Source: Kudoa neothunni
Lineage: Eukaryota > Animalia > Cnidaria
Reading direction: 5' to 3'
DNA length: 64,000 bases
Assembly: GCA_964304625.1 (NCBI GenBank)
Contig: OZ199840.1
Coordinates: 7,102,336 to 7,166,335, forward strand
The notes beneath the pieces were generated by a model. The model did no database searches. It was given only the letters and a program-made list of their open reading frames with translations, and was not told the DNA's origin. Below, piece after piece: positions 24,867-38,792 of this stretch. Each line of letters starts with the position of its first letter. The stretch's first letter is position 1. Position numbers and translations under genes: made by a program.

Positions 24867-26692
24867 CAGTCGAGATTGGATATTGCGTGGGTTTTTGGGA
24901 CCGGCAAAAAACCACGCAATAAAAAGTTTTTACGCAATATCCGGTCTCATGCGTGCGCGTCACATTGTAAAATACGATTTTCTTGTGCGTACGTTTGGTG
25001 ATTATTCCTACAAACAAATATTATTAAAACAAAGCTAACGTAGAGTTATTAAATGTCGTCAAAAAATCTTGTGATTTTTGTATGTCGAAATCTTTCTATT
25101 GATATTTTTTAAATTCTGTCCGTTGTGGGATATTAATCAAACAATATTGATGGATCCTTTTGAATTAAAACTTTCATTAAAATGTTAATCATATTTTTTA
25201 TTTATTTTATTAAACTTTTGACTTCTTTAATAATTGGTTCGATATCATCATCAAATATATTTTCGTAAACTTCAAATTCACTTAATACGATTAATTATGT
25301 ATGCATAAAATATTTCTTTGTGAATTGTTTCTGGATCGAGATATCTTTCTTAAATCCTCTTGTTTTATAAACCGATTCAACTTTTTTATTAGAGTTTTAT
25401 ATATTACTACCAAGCATTTTTGATTTTTAAAACAATTAAATATAATTTCTGGCGAAATAATCTCCCAATATTTAATTAACGGCGTGATTGAGTTTAGTAA
25501 TGTTTATTTTTCGATGATAAAGCTTCACATAAAACCATATGCTTAGCCAGTGTATTCCTGCCTTATTTTTAATGCATTTTATGATGCTTAAATTAAGGTC
25601 TGTAGAATATTGGTTGTTTTTATGGTAGGAAAAAATTTCAATATTCTGTAAAAACCAATATTTTGTGGATCCAGAGGATATTGACCAACAAAATTAAAAC
25701 TTTTCTATTCTCATTTATCATTCTTTGGTTCAACTTTCTAATTATGTTTATAAATCTACTACACATCATCCGTGTGTTTTCTGAATAATATTCACGTGGC
25801 AGATGTTTAATTCAGTTAAAACATCCATTCTTTTTTTTGATATTTTGTCCCTTATATTCCGACTTCATCCTTTAAAACATAACTAACGTTTTGTAACTGC
25901 TCACAAAAGAAGGGAAGTTTCATCAATGTTTATAACGTCTTTAAGACCATATGCCTTAACCAAATCAATGCTTTCAACAATCCATGAGTCAATCGACGAA
26001 ATATCTGCATTCGCAGCCTCACCATGAAACATTTTGAAAGCTATCCCATATTTTGATGTGGTATCTGAAAAACACCCTCAACTAGACTTTAAATTGGAAA
26101 TTTCTTGTTTATTTGCAATATATAAAGCAATTTCGATAAAAACACATCCCAGCAGAACATTATCATTCGACCATTGTTTAACCATCCAATCATACAGTTC
26201 ACATCTGTATTTTTAATTTCCCCGAAAAATGTGCCTTCCTTTTAGTTTCAATATCCATAATGTTGAATTTATCTTTGTGTGAACAAATTCTATCAATTTT
26301 TAAATGACCTTAAACGTGACAATGTATTAATATTCAAAATAGATCACCACATCATTCAACTCAAACTTAGAAATTGTTATTTTCTCACAACTGTCAATAT
26401 TTTTATCGAATTATAATAATCAATGACTTCTCTCTTCTCCTAATTATAACGTTTTTAACGGGAAATAATGAAGAAAACACTTCTATTTTTAAATAGATGG
26501 GTTACTAAAACCACGCAATAAAAAGTTTCTTCGCAATAACGAGACTTTATATATAAGTAATAAATTTTCTTATTTTTTAATGTTAAGGATGTTTACAAAA
26601 TGACAAAATAATAACAATACAAAAAAACTAGGTTTCTCTCTAAAAAGAATAACGCCGAAAGTTTTGAATTACGCAATATCCAATCTCGACTG
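24867..26692 (-). mobile_element. pogo/Tigger transposon, degenerate
   Basis: Perfect 22-bp TIRs CAGTCGAGATTGGATATTGCGT with TA flanks. Minus-strand remnant FHGEAANAD...DVINIDET. Confidence 0.9.
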
Positions 26693-27456
26693 TATTCATC
26701 ATAGTCTATATTTTGTTAAAATTTTGGTAATTTAAAAAAAATTACAAGGAATGGAATGTCGATAAAATCGACAAATTTGAAAATAAGATTAGCGTACGAT
26801 CATAATTTAAACTAGATCATCTTATTTTTGTGACAGTTCTATCAGCGCTAAGTATATTCGACAGGAAAGAAAGGAATTCATAGTTTTTATTTTTTTTAAT
26901 ACCAGAAATAATTAACGTATTAGTGATTAAAAATTTTTAATACATTAAAAAAAAAACACTAGATAATTAATTTAAAGAAAATATTCTAATAAAAATGGGG
27001 GTATTAGATAAATAATTCTAATTTTTCCTTTCGTTCCCAAATTTTTCTTTTTCATCAAGAATTATTTAAATTAAATCAATACTAAAATTATACACAATTT
27101 TAAGTTTATTTCTTGTTGACCCCAGTGATTTTTTACTTATTATTATATTTTTTTGGCAAATTAAATGAGCTTTGTAATTAATGCATTTAATATAACTAGA
27201 TTAACCTGTTAAAACTTTATACAGCGAATACATTATCAATAAAAATTACAGATTTGAATCAAAACAAAAAATTTTCATTAATATATACCAGACAACACAC
27301 CATACTTTTATTTTTAAAGTTATTCACAGGGGATCCCGACATTGAAACAATTTTTAAACAGAGAAAACACAGAAGATCATGCTTCTCCATTAAGCACATT
27401 TTCCGGAGAACTTCGCGGAGCTTAACACTAATCTGAGATTAAAGTGTGATTATAAT

Positions 27457-30400
27457 TAGGGGTTAAGATCGGTTCGGTTTTTGGCAAAACCGATTTTAAA
27501 AATCTATTTTTTAATTGTTATAATTTAGCTTCTATTTTCAGTTGATGCCGAATTTTAAACAAAGAATCACTAAAATAAGTAATCAATCACATTTTTAGTA
27601 ATAGTAAAGTATGCGGAACCTAAAAAACATCTCCTTATACATATTCTTTCGCATTTCTTTTTTCACGATTCTGGATAATAAAATAAAAGAATATGAAATG
27701 CAAAAATTTAGCTGAAAATAATAACTTCAAAATTTTGAGAATTATTTATCCGAATGTGGTCGGCTACACGTGTAATCTCCATCTTTTTTTTCATCTAACA
27801 TTGAATTTTTGTTTCCATCTTAGTTATTAACTCAAAAGTTATTTATTATTACTATTTAGATTTTTTGCTTTTAATATCTAACAATTTTATAAACTAACTT
27901 GGAAAATAAACTATTTGCAAATTTCATAAAAACATCTCATTTTTCGCTAAGATAAAAATACTTTATAAACTTTCAAATATCGATGTCAATGTATTAAGAT
28001 TTGTTTTAGTTTATAATTTTTTAAATTCAATTTTTTTCGAGAAATTAAGAAACCTAATTTTTAAAAATGATAATATTAATTTGTTTTACCTTGCAGTGTT
28101 TGTATAATATTGGAAAAAAATTAATAATCGATATTTTTATTTGTTTTAAGTTTTTTTATATGTCAAAGTTTGGTAACAAATAATTCTCAAAAAAATGCGA
28201 ATTGAGAATATTACGAGATATAAAGGTATATGTGTTAACTAAAGTTATTAATATCAGTCCACGTAAAATTCCCTCTAATAAAAAAATAACATCATATAAT
28301 CGACCTCAAGATATTTATCTTTTAAAATTAAATGCTTATCTTTAATATAGTGTTGATTTATTTAAAAAAATTTATCAGTTCTATTGGAGATTATAACTAT
28401 TATATAAATTAACGGCGGCTTCACCATCTTGTTAAGTAAGCTCTATATTGTTTTACTGTCGGACCTGAACGAGCCGCGTGTGTGTTTATTCTAAGTCTGA
28501 GTGAGCGTGAAAGAAAACACAAGTTATAAGAAAATGCATTTTGAGAGCACGTGGTTAAGTTCTTGTTTAAAACCATTCATATTTAAAAACCAATAAAAAC
28601 ATGTACAGATAAATTTAACATCGTAAAAATTTTCTTGTATACAATAAAAAATACGAAATGAAACAGATTTACGAATGATTTTCAAAACGAGTTAGAGAAC
28701 AATTCAATGTTTGTTGAAAGAAGGTGGAGGTTACACGTGTATCCGACTGCGTTCGGATGAAAAATTCTTATAATTTTAAAGTCATTATTTTGAGCTGAAT
28801 TTTTTATCTCCGTATTCTTTCATCTTATTATCAAGAATCGTGAAAAACATGCACAAGAGGACGTTTTTTAGGTGCCGCATACTTTAATATTACTAAAAAT
28901 ATGTAACTGATGCAGCATTTTAAAAAAATAAACTAGTTTTTAAAATATTAAAGGGGTAACAAAATTTTTTGATAGTGGCACGTGCTTAAATAGGGAATAA
29001 GTTTTTTTCGTCCGTAATTACGGTGATGGTATCTGCTATTTGGAGCTATTTCGTTAAGCTTGCTAATGAAAAAGCAAAATGTAACAAATGCGATGCAGTA
29101 CTTATGTGCAAAAAAAGTTCGACTAGTACATTGCATGCACACGCTAAAATACATGGGATTGATTTAAAAAATAAGTTGTTGCAATCGCTGATATTTTTCT
29201 ATTGAAATTTAGAAGCATACAAACACAACCCGTTATTGAAAGTTTTGCGAGCAAAAGTCTTTGGGATTTTAACCTGGATAGTGATATTGCCAAATTAATC
29301 GCGATTGACAATATTCCTATTTCCAAAATTGCAAAAAGTACCACCATAAGACGATTGTTGAAAAAAGTTCACAATAAAGAAATCCCAGTATCCTATGATG
29401 AAATTTTCGATTCTTGCGTAAAAGTAGAAGCATCTATGGTGAGCAAGATAAAAAAAAATTTCGCTCGGGGTTATTAGAGTCACCGAAAGATGTACAGGCG
29501 TAGAATTGGCATCCTTAATCAAAAATCAGTTTTCGAAATTTGGCGTTACGTCCTTATTTATATGTACCGATGGAGCGTCAAACATGGAATAAATTTAGGT
29601 AATTGAATTATTAATTGACAAACCTACATTAACGTATAGCTGTAAAAGACACGATGTATGAAGAAGCTAATAGCCAGCAGCCAAAAAATATCGAAACTAT
29701 AACTGACGAGCTGGAGTTTGATGAGCAAGAATTTGTCCTTGTTGTGCCAAGTTTTTTAGATATTTTATCTCGGGTGAGGTCAGTTGTCAGTTACTTTTCA
29801 AGATCTGGATTGGCTTCGGACGCCTTGAGAAAATCATGTGAAAGAAAAGGCATTAAATACCTATCAATGAATATCGATTGTGTGACACGATGGTCAAGTT
29901 GTTACGATATGTTAGTCAAATTTGTGAAGATGTTCGAGGCCATTGAAGACGCTTACATGATTTTGGAAAAGGATTTACTGATCGAAAAAGATGAAATTAC
30001 TTTGGTCAATGTAATTATCGATAAAGATATTGTAAAAATGACTGAATGTTAAGGAATTAACATCATGTCTGGAAATTGTGCATCGCGGCGTTCTCAAACT
30101 TTCAGAGTCACAAATAAATATTGCACAATGTGACTTTATACTAACCAACACAGTTGAGGATCTCTCTCTCTTATTGACGGAACAATTTCAGAAAATTTAA
30201 AAATGAAATTTATCGAACGCTGCTTTGAACGACGCACCATTTGGTCTGGTATATTTATGTTTTTGAGCTTCGATTCAAACATTTGTGAAAAGAATTTATT
30301 CTACAGAAGACCGTCAGATTTTGAGCTACAAGAAGCAATTAATTTCATTGAACCGAATGATCAAATCCACAACCATGAACCTTCGGAAGCTGAAATGGAT

Positions 30401-30944
30401 TTAGACGATTTGATAAATTACGCGGCCAGACCGAAAAAGTCAAAATATTGTTCGGATTCCAACGAAATTACCAATTTTATTAATCACGATGTGATGTCAG
30501 ATCGTTTAGAGAGGGTTCGTAAAACTCTCTCTAATATAAGGCCTACAAGTATCGGCTCAGAAAGATGTTTTTCCCTATGCAACCGTGTTATTTCCCCCTT
30601 GAGAACAAAACTGAGTGATTCGAAACTTGAGACAATTGTTTTTATTTATGAAAATAGAAATAACTAAATTGAAATTTGAACTATAGAATTTTTTATAGTG
30701 CGTTTGAAAAAATTATAGCTTAAAATATATATAATCGTTTTTAAAGGTAATGACAAAAAATGTTAAATAAAATTAATTCTATTCTAAAATAATCCCAAAT
30801 TTGGGTTGAAAGAGTATGTTTAAACAAAGAGTGACTAAAATAAGATTTCATTCTATCACATATTTAAATTTTTTTTTGCTTGAACAAAAATTTACAACGA
30901 TAATTGAAAAAATTATTTACAAAACCGAACCGTCTTAACTCCTA
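27457..30944 (+). mobile_element. hAT element with BED-finger transposase, 3 introns, internal deletions
   Basis: TIRs TAGGGGTTAAGATCGGTTCGGTTTT / AAAACCGAACCGTCTTAACTCCTA and TSD ATTATAAT / ATTGTAAT. ATG at 29026, introns 29175-29212, 29599-29639 and 30011-30053, stop at 30667. Motifs DCVTRWSS and PTSIGSERCFS. The first catalytic-D segment is deleted relative to the 51444 copy. Confidence 0.92.
27597..28894. mobile_element. About 1.3-kb non-autonomous element (Merlin-like ends) nested in the hAT 5' region
   Basis: Inverted ends AGTAATAGTAAAGTATGCGGAACCTAAAAAAC / GTTTTTTAGGTGCCGCATACTTTAATATTACT, with imperfect inversion extending about 200 bp. The terminus resembles the Merlin TIR at 1394. 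Confidence 0.75.
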
Positions 30945-31444
30945 ATTGTAATATCCTCCCAAAATAAAGAGTTTCCTTCATTGAAATTTATATTTAGGAG
31001 TAATACCGATTATTTGGTTTAAAATTATATATTGTAACTCTTCTATCGGTACGATTGGTGTATTTTAGAGATTTGAATACTAAGATTAATTGTGACGATG
31101 TTTGCGTAATAAAACCAAAGACGAAATTTCTCGAACAAAAAATTGTATTGTAATAAAAATATATTTTTATTTAGGTGAAGTTAATAATCTAATAAGAAAA
31201 TCTCGATAAAACTAGAGCAATATTTAATAATATTGTTAGCGCTCACTTATACTGATCACAGAAATAAAAATATTTTGCTTAAATTAGGAATAAACTCTAT
31301 CATAGACATAAATTATGCAGAGTTTATAAGATAATACAAATTTAACTCTATTCGAGTTAGACATGCTAATAAACGACACCATTTTTAAGTACCTTTATTA
31401 GAAAATTTCCTTAATCGAAGAGGTAGTATATGAGCTTAATTAAC

Positions 31445-33568
31445 TCAATTATTTAGATAGTTGCACAAAATTAATTTTAAAATTTTGTGGGGTATAAGGT
31501 AGTTCAGTTTATGCGCAAAAAATCGGCAAAAATAACAATCACTATCCACATTACATGTTTGATAATAGGCAACATTCTTTTTAAATCTGTATGATGAGCA
31601 GATAGGTGTTTTACAATTATGGCACTTTATATTGGTTTTTCGATCAGTATTTCTTGAGCAAAACACACACCTTGATCTTTTATATACAGGACTCAACCCT
31701 ATCGAATCGGATATATCATTATTATTTGTGTACTTGTTAAACAGTTCAAAACTGTATTTTATGTGTGATTGATAATTGGAACCCGCAGTTTGACGAAGTA
31801 ACACATTCGACTGTACTAAATCGATACACAGATCTCTTAAGAAATATTGTCTGCGATTTCGATCGTTAGTTCTCCAATCAGGGAATTTGGATGTCCATAT
31901 GGCATAAGCATTGAGAGCTGGTATATCCACCAAATCCATAAACATACGTAAAGGCCACCTTCTAGTTGATCTTGAACAACTGTACAACCCGGTCATTATG
32001 TCACCGTTATCAACCGCTCCTTTAGTTTTATTGTAGTGGAGAATAATTGTTGGTCTCTTTCTCACACCCGCTTCTATTTCACCATCATTTATTTCACTGG
32101 ACAATAAATAAACAACCCGATTCTTTTTCGGGATATATGGCATCATTGTTATGTCATTATAAAAACAAAAAGTGAACGAAAGCTCAGGTTGATTTTTAAA
32201 ATCCACTAAATGTTGAGGAATGTAAGTGTTATTGCGCCTAACATTGTCCGTTAACGTAATTTTATTTTGTAGCAAGAAGGTTGCCAGCGGGATCGTTGTA
32301 AAAAAGTTATCAGTTGTGACACCACAACCTGATCCAAAAAATGGTTCAATTAGTTCCTTGACAACCTTTCCCCCAGTTTTGAATCTCTAATGCCTCCAAT
32401 CTTACCTGTGCAGGGTTTAATATTTAATAAATACGACGTCTCGACATCCGCGGCTACCCATAACTTAATACCGTAGCGGGCGGGATTATTTTTTATGTAC
32501 ACTCGAAACGGGCATCTTCCGCGAAATGCCACCATTCTTTCATCGATGGTTATGTGAGAACTCGGAGAATAGTTTTTTGAAAGAATCATTTATTTCATTA
32601 AAAATTTCTCGAATGGGTTCGAATTTATCGTTAGATAAATTAAATCTAAATTGTCTGGTTTGTCTATCATCAAACCGTATTACTTTATATATATGAGAAA
32701 AACGATTTCTTGCCATGGCTACAGAAAAAAAATATTGTTCGTGTAATTTAGAATCTTCTCTAGAATGGAGTCAGACATAAAAAGTTGAAAGCAATCAGAA
32801 ATGCTGTTCACATTTTTAGCATCACCTAAAAGTCTCGTGTTACTTGTGACGATATTGTGAACTCTAGTTCGCGTTCTTGTTTGATTTGTAATATCCCACA
32901 GAATTCCTAATTTCGACATTGATTTATTGTTATCAGTTTGGCATTCATCATCATTTTGAGAATCAGAACATGGGTCTGAACGCGGATATGAATCTTCCAC
33001 AATATCCTCATAATATGAGGCATCTGATAGGTCACCTTCAAATTCAAGGTCTCTATCGGAGCTTTGGTCAGTCTCTACATTATTACCAATTAGTTTATTC
33101 AGATCTTTGTAATACGGCATGACTAAATACAAATTTCATTTCAAATTGCCCACGTAATTTTACCTATCCGTTCCTAATGTTTACTTCTTGTGGTAGTCCG
33201 ACCCCAACTAATACCTTAAGTTATTCGGAATCACTCGACAAGTGAGTGGTAAAATCAAAATGTTTCCTCCCATACTTGGTTTCATAAATTTTCAATATTT
33301 CAAATGAATTTTATTTAATTTCACTACCTAAATTCCATAAATAAAATTACTATGTCTACGTTTAGCCAAGGTTTACTGATGTGTGGTAAATTAAAATCAT
33401 TATATCTCATATCATCTTGATAGTTTTTAAATTATAACTTAAAAATAAAATTGAACATTATATTTCATTAGATCACAAAAACTGTGAGATGTGTATAATC
33501 TTTTAAACAGAAAAATAAAAAAATACGAAAAATGGGATCACGAATGACCCCGGTTGGTCCCCCTATGG
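31445..33568 (-). mobile_element. piggyBac (PGBD4-like) transposase pseudogene with its 5' end
   Basis: Motifs ITIDERMVAFRGRCPFRVYIKNNPARYGIK, VTTDNFFT, YNKTKGAVDNGD, RRWP and a Cys-rich C-terminal domain. Ends ...GG|TTAA at 33569-72 with a subterminal palindrome at 33533. Confidence 0.9.
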
Positions 33569-33736
33569 TTAATGGTACCTTTCATTCACTACTAATATCT
33601 AACCGGAGACCAAATATCCTCGACCGGAGTAAAAATCTAGTCTTGAAGGTGAAATAGTACCATGTTGGTACGAACGTACAAATTCTGGAAGCTCCGGGCA
33701 TCACACACGCACGTACCGACAGTCCTCCTTTATATA

Positions 33737-36072
33737 GACTAGCGGGAATTGCCCAGCGTTGCTTGGGGAAGATTTCGCCTAGAGACGCTCTTTAATAACA
33801 TTCAAAAATATATTAAAGTGTCGAGTTAACTCATAGAAACAAAATAACTAAAAAAGGTTAAGAAACATACTTTAATGATTTGGATTATGAAATTTAAATT
33901 ATGATCATTTCTTTGAAGGAGTGTTCCAATCCCAGCGTTCGTCTAAAAATTCCGTGGCTCGGCACCAACTCTAAAGAATTTGTCAGTGTCGTATTTTTCT
34001 GCATTCTCGAATTATTTAAATCCCGTTAAAATGTTATCTAAAACGCTATTTTTTGGCCCCGAGGATTGATGAAAGTCGAATTTTGGCCCGGTTCGGGAAC
34101 TGTATGCACCGCTAAGTTTTTAAAAGATAAAAATATGGAAAAAGTAATAGAGATAGAAGAAAATGATTGAAAATTAATTGATATTCCTAAAATTAGCATC
34201 GTTTCACCCGGCACAAACATTAATCCACTTTTCCCAAACAAACAGCAAAAAATCGCTTCAATATGGACATTAATGATTTATATAATTAGAGGGAGTAAGA
34301 TTACAACCATCTGCATTGAATTTAATCATTAAAAGTTCAACATAGCGGACGATTTCAATGAAATCTACGGACGCAGTATTTCCATTATAAAGCTTCAATC
34401 AATATGATTTTAACGTTCTCTACCAATTCGTTATTCATGAAACATACAGTAGTGTATGGATACAACGCAGAAATTGGGAAGATGGAAATCACTGCGTTGC
34501 ATCTATTTTCGCGCAGGACACGTCGAATAGCGCACGCGCCCGGAAATATAGCAGTTTTCAATCGGTAATATAATCAATAATAATTTAATGTGAAGAAAAA
34601 ATTAATAAAATATTGAGTCAGAGTCAGCCATTTTAAGTTCGATTTATATTGTTAATATTGACAAAATTTTATTTAGAAAGAGTTTTCTACCTTTTTCCCA
34701 TTAATATAATTACTCATTGTTTGATATAATAACTTTATCAATATAATCAGAGTCGTCATCAACCATATCGATATCAGGAAAATCTGGTGTTGTCCAAATT
34801 TCAGAGATGTCGACTATGTTGCATTCAAGAGTTTCATCAATAATATTTGTTAATTCTAACGATTTCCCCTCTTCAATCAGCTCAGTTAGGTCATGTTTAA
34901 ATTGATCATCATCAAGAACATCTTAAGAATCATAATTTAGTGGATTTTCAGGGAGGAAAAATGATTTCCTAGTGCAATTAACTATGGTTTAGGTTTTAAT
35001 GTATTCCTGTAATTTTATTGTCGAATGAATAACGTCTTTAGATTTCTTTCGTGTATCATTTTAAACTTTAACAATTCCATGATCCAGTGGCTGTAGCACA
35101 TTGGTTGTGTTCGAAGAAAAGTACCAGTCTTACATTAGACAAATATTTTTGTTGTGTGTTAAGAAATATCCGAGAAACAACACAAAATTTTCTGTTAGAA
35201 ATGATGAGTTGCCTATTCTATTTTTCAAGAAAAGACAAAAATGGAGCTGGTCATTTAGACTTTTTAATTATCGTGCTATTTTATTGACAAATTTTTCCAT
35301 CACTTGGAACTTAGCATCTTTATTATATGATATAAACTCGTAAAACCTTATAATTTCGAGTTTTTCGGTAGTGTAATGTGTTTTTGTTTCGCTAAAATTG
35401 ACGCTTCATCCATTATTTTTTGCCAAGTTCAGATTAAGCGCTGCGTTGGAGCCATTTTTGCGTTAGATCCATACAGTAAGTTTTCAACCTAATATTTGGT
35501 TGAAAATCAATTATTTATTAACAAATGATCTATTTTGTACTGAACTATCTATTTAAATTTGAATAAACCAAAATAAATGGTAAACAAGTAAATTTTTAAA
35601 AATTGCGTTGGAGCCATATTAAGTACGACCCATACACTACTGTATATAGATTTTTTCTCATATCTAAAACCATTAATCGAAACTTCAAAATGTGTTTATC
35701 AAGTCAAATACGTTAAAACTCCATAAATGAGTAGTGTATCTACACGAACGCCTAAATTTACGCATTAAATTTATATACAAAGTCAGATGGCAGCAGTTAA
35801 TCAACATTTGATAAAGCATATAAAGGGAAAAATTAACTTCGACCGAACATCAGCAGGTCATAAGCTGGTGTTAATCTTATTGTTAAACTCAAGTAATCCG
35901 ATAAACATACTTTGAATCGACAAAATCACCATTTTCTAAACACTTTAAGGAACATTTGGTAATGTGAAAACGATTTAAAGATTTTTTGGAACATTGTGAT
36001 TTGGAAAAAATTTTGACGCATATGCGTACTTGTTACACACACGGACACTTCAGCTTTATATATATAGTAGAT
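33737..36072 (+). mobile_element. Possible non-autonomous Helitron-like element
   Basis: Start ACTAGCGGGAATTGCCCAGCGTTGC and end ACACACACGGACACTTCAGCTTTATATATATAGTAGAT resemble short Helitron termini. A similar tail precedes it at 33700-33740. Confidence 0.4.
34447..35642 (-). mobile_element. Internally deleted pogo/Tigger element
   Basis: 13-bp TIRs CAGTAGTGTATGG / CCATACACTACTG with TA flanks. Minus-strand remnants include QPLDHGIVK. Confidence 0.8.
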
Positions 36073-36471
36073 AGGTTACAAATGATTATTCATTGTGTGA
36101 AAATGTCATGTGTTTGCAGATAACATAATTAAATGTTAACATTTTTATTTTCCTAACACTAAGATTCTATTTAAAAACCAGTTTTTTTATTTGTTAGTAA
36201 ATTGTTTTTCAGGTATATAAATAACAAAGTAATAATGTGACCAACAGGTAGTAAGTACTGTGTGAAATTGCAAAAGTGCGTATTACCCCCACTCACTGTG
36301 TTTAGGATAATTTTGATATTCTTAGGATTAATTATATTTACACTAATACTAAAGAGTCCCAAAACCAATAAATAATGATCATATTCATGCAACGCTGTGC
36401 GTCATAATAAAAGTCACATTATTTTATTTATCAAAAGTACACTGCGAGGAAAAATAAAACACGTCTAAAAT

Positions 36472-38355
36472 CTAATCAGAAATAATGTGCATGACTTCTG
36501 AAACGAACACTTTTGAGGATTTACGAATCCGATCAATTTTAAAGTTCATATGGTATATAAGTTGCTCAATCTCATTGTTATTTTTAGAGACGGTATTCTA
36601 TAACACAAATTAAAAAAGGAACCTCGAAACAATAGAAACCGTTTTTCGGTCATATCGAATAGCAAAGTCCTCTTGAATATGACTACATATTCTCGAATTG
36701 ATATCATTCAAAAAAGATTGAGCAGAGTCTTTATCAGCCATTATACCGCTTTTAATCAACATTTCCGATAGCGAAAGGATAAAATCGCTGTAGTAGGTGA
36801 ATTCCACCTCGCCAAAGACTTGAACACTCATTCGAATTAAAAGAATAATGGATGACTCTAAGAATTCAAGATTCCAATTACAAAAAACATAGTCTCTTGT
36901 AATGACAGAAAAGCAATCTAAAAATTTATCGGCTGGAACAAGGTTGAGGTGATAGAATGAATCAACATAAAATTTGATAATAGGATCATCGGACCAAATG
37001 TTATCAACAACAGTGGCAATAGTAAGCGGTGAATGACGATTCTTCGACAAACAATTAGAAATTAACTCTGACCTCGTCTTTTGAGTGAGAATTAATTTGT
37101 GCAACGTTTCTGCAAGCTCAAGTATGTTCTTGAAACCAACTTGGTTTGACATTATCATAGCAACAACCAAATATTTTAATAAATGAGGGAAAAAATTCAA
37201 AACGAAAAATAACCCCCTAAAATAAAAATACACATGTTAAGATACAACCAAAAAAATTATCATACGTTTTATCGGTGTAAAAATGGTTTATGACAATATT
37301 GTAACCATTATCGACGATCGATGATGCTAACAATGTAAGATGCAGGAAACTACCCCACAATTGAATATGCAAAGGATCGAATTCTTCACAGCATAAAAAC
37401 GTTTCAGGTGATAAAACAATATCACTGTAGTGGGTTTTGGTCAATTTTTCAACCTTAAATAAGCCGATACCACATTCAAACTGTATTTTTTTAATTACCT
37501 TCGAACGAATGATATCCATAATGGCAGTAATTCCAGAAGCATTCTGACTTATTATTCTGGCAGATAACTCGTGAAAGTTAGCTTTAAGTTTTAACATTGG
37601 ATCATCACCCTATCGATAGTTTAATAAGAAAATTTCATCCAACCACCAATTATTACCAACTGAGAATACAATACAAACAGTTCGGATGCTCTCTCGTATT
37701 TTCCCAACATAAAGTCGAGCATAGCACATTCATAGATCTGCATTATGATGGTGGAATCAGATTGTTGCTCAACGTTAGTTAAGCCATTGTTATTTTCAAG
37801 GGATGATGTGAGAAAACTCCAAATACGACCTTTATAATACTCCGCATAAACACTTGGATCATCTGTCTTATTATCTTGAAGTGCATCACTAATAATTAAC
37901 ACATCCAGTTCATGCTTAGAAAGTTTTCCCTCAGATTTCACAACATCCACTACACTAAAAATTTAGAAACAGAAAACAAACAAACATAAACATTCTGTTA
38001 TATCAAGTTCAGCTTCACCGAACTTGGAAATAAAATCTCTGTAGGCAAACTTCTAAATATAACCATTTTAAGATTATCACATGCACAAACATCCTTAAAT
38101 TACAAGGTCACACGATTTTATCATATCCAGTGCTTTGAGAGCGAGATTATTATCTGTAATAGAATAAAACATCATCATTGACACTCTCATATGTTTGTCT
38201 ATGTAGTCAAACATCTTCTCCATAGATGCGTAACAGTATTTATCGAAATTATCATCATTTACAACCATGGTGAGACCACTAAGAACAATGTCGACGACAA
38301 TGTGCGAGCCTGATTAATCGGTGAGAGTCGATAATTTTTACGCCCAACCCTGCAT
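36472..38355 (-). CDS. EIF3E: Eukaryotic translation initiation factor 3 subunit E (INT6), highly divergent, about 8 exons
   Basis: Colinear motif matches to eIF3e: YIDKH~FLDRH, IYECAMLDFMLGKYERASEL~[29 protein letters not shown]~LASEILMQN, FLHLTL~LIHWSL, PHLLKYL~PHILRYL and DPIIKF~DPITEF. GT-AG introns at 38348-38310, 38103-38053, about 37991-37950, 37656-37610, 37498-37454, about 37265-37217 and 36639-36598. The start could instead be the ATG at 38268. Confidence 0.8.
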
Positions 38356-38792
38356 GTGGGTATTATTAATACGGGGTTGTTATTTAGCTAAAATTTTGTT
38401 AACTTAGGAATTAAAAACAAAAATTATTGTCAAAATAATTGACTAGAGTAAATGTCATTCAAAATGAGAAGTATTGGACAGAGTTGCATAGCGCCAGAAT
38501 TATGATGCCTCGTGTACCTTATTGCATGATCCGAAGGGGTTATCGAGACATACTTATTATTAAAACTCCTCAGCATCACTGGTTCCATTTGACCATGTAT
38601 ACATGCGTTTTATGACTTTCCTGGCAGTGTTTATAGTTTGTTTCCTGGATTGTTTTGTTTGAAGTAAATTCGGATGTGTTGAATGAGAATTATCCTGTTA
38701 AATATTGGTTTCAAGTCATGTTTATTTTTTACAAATGAGATTTTTGATTCATTATTCAGATTTGGTGTTAATGTGCTCCCTTATATTGTTTG

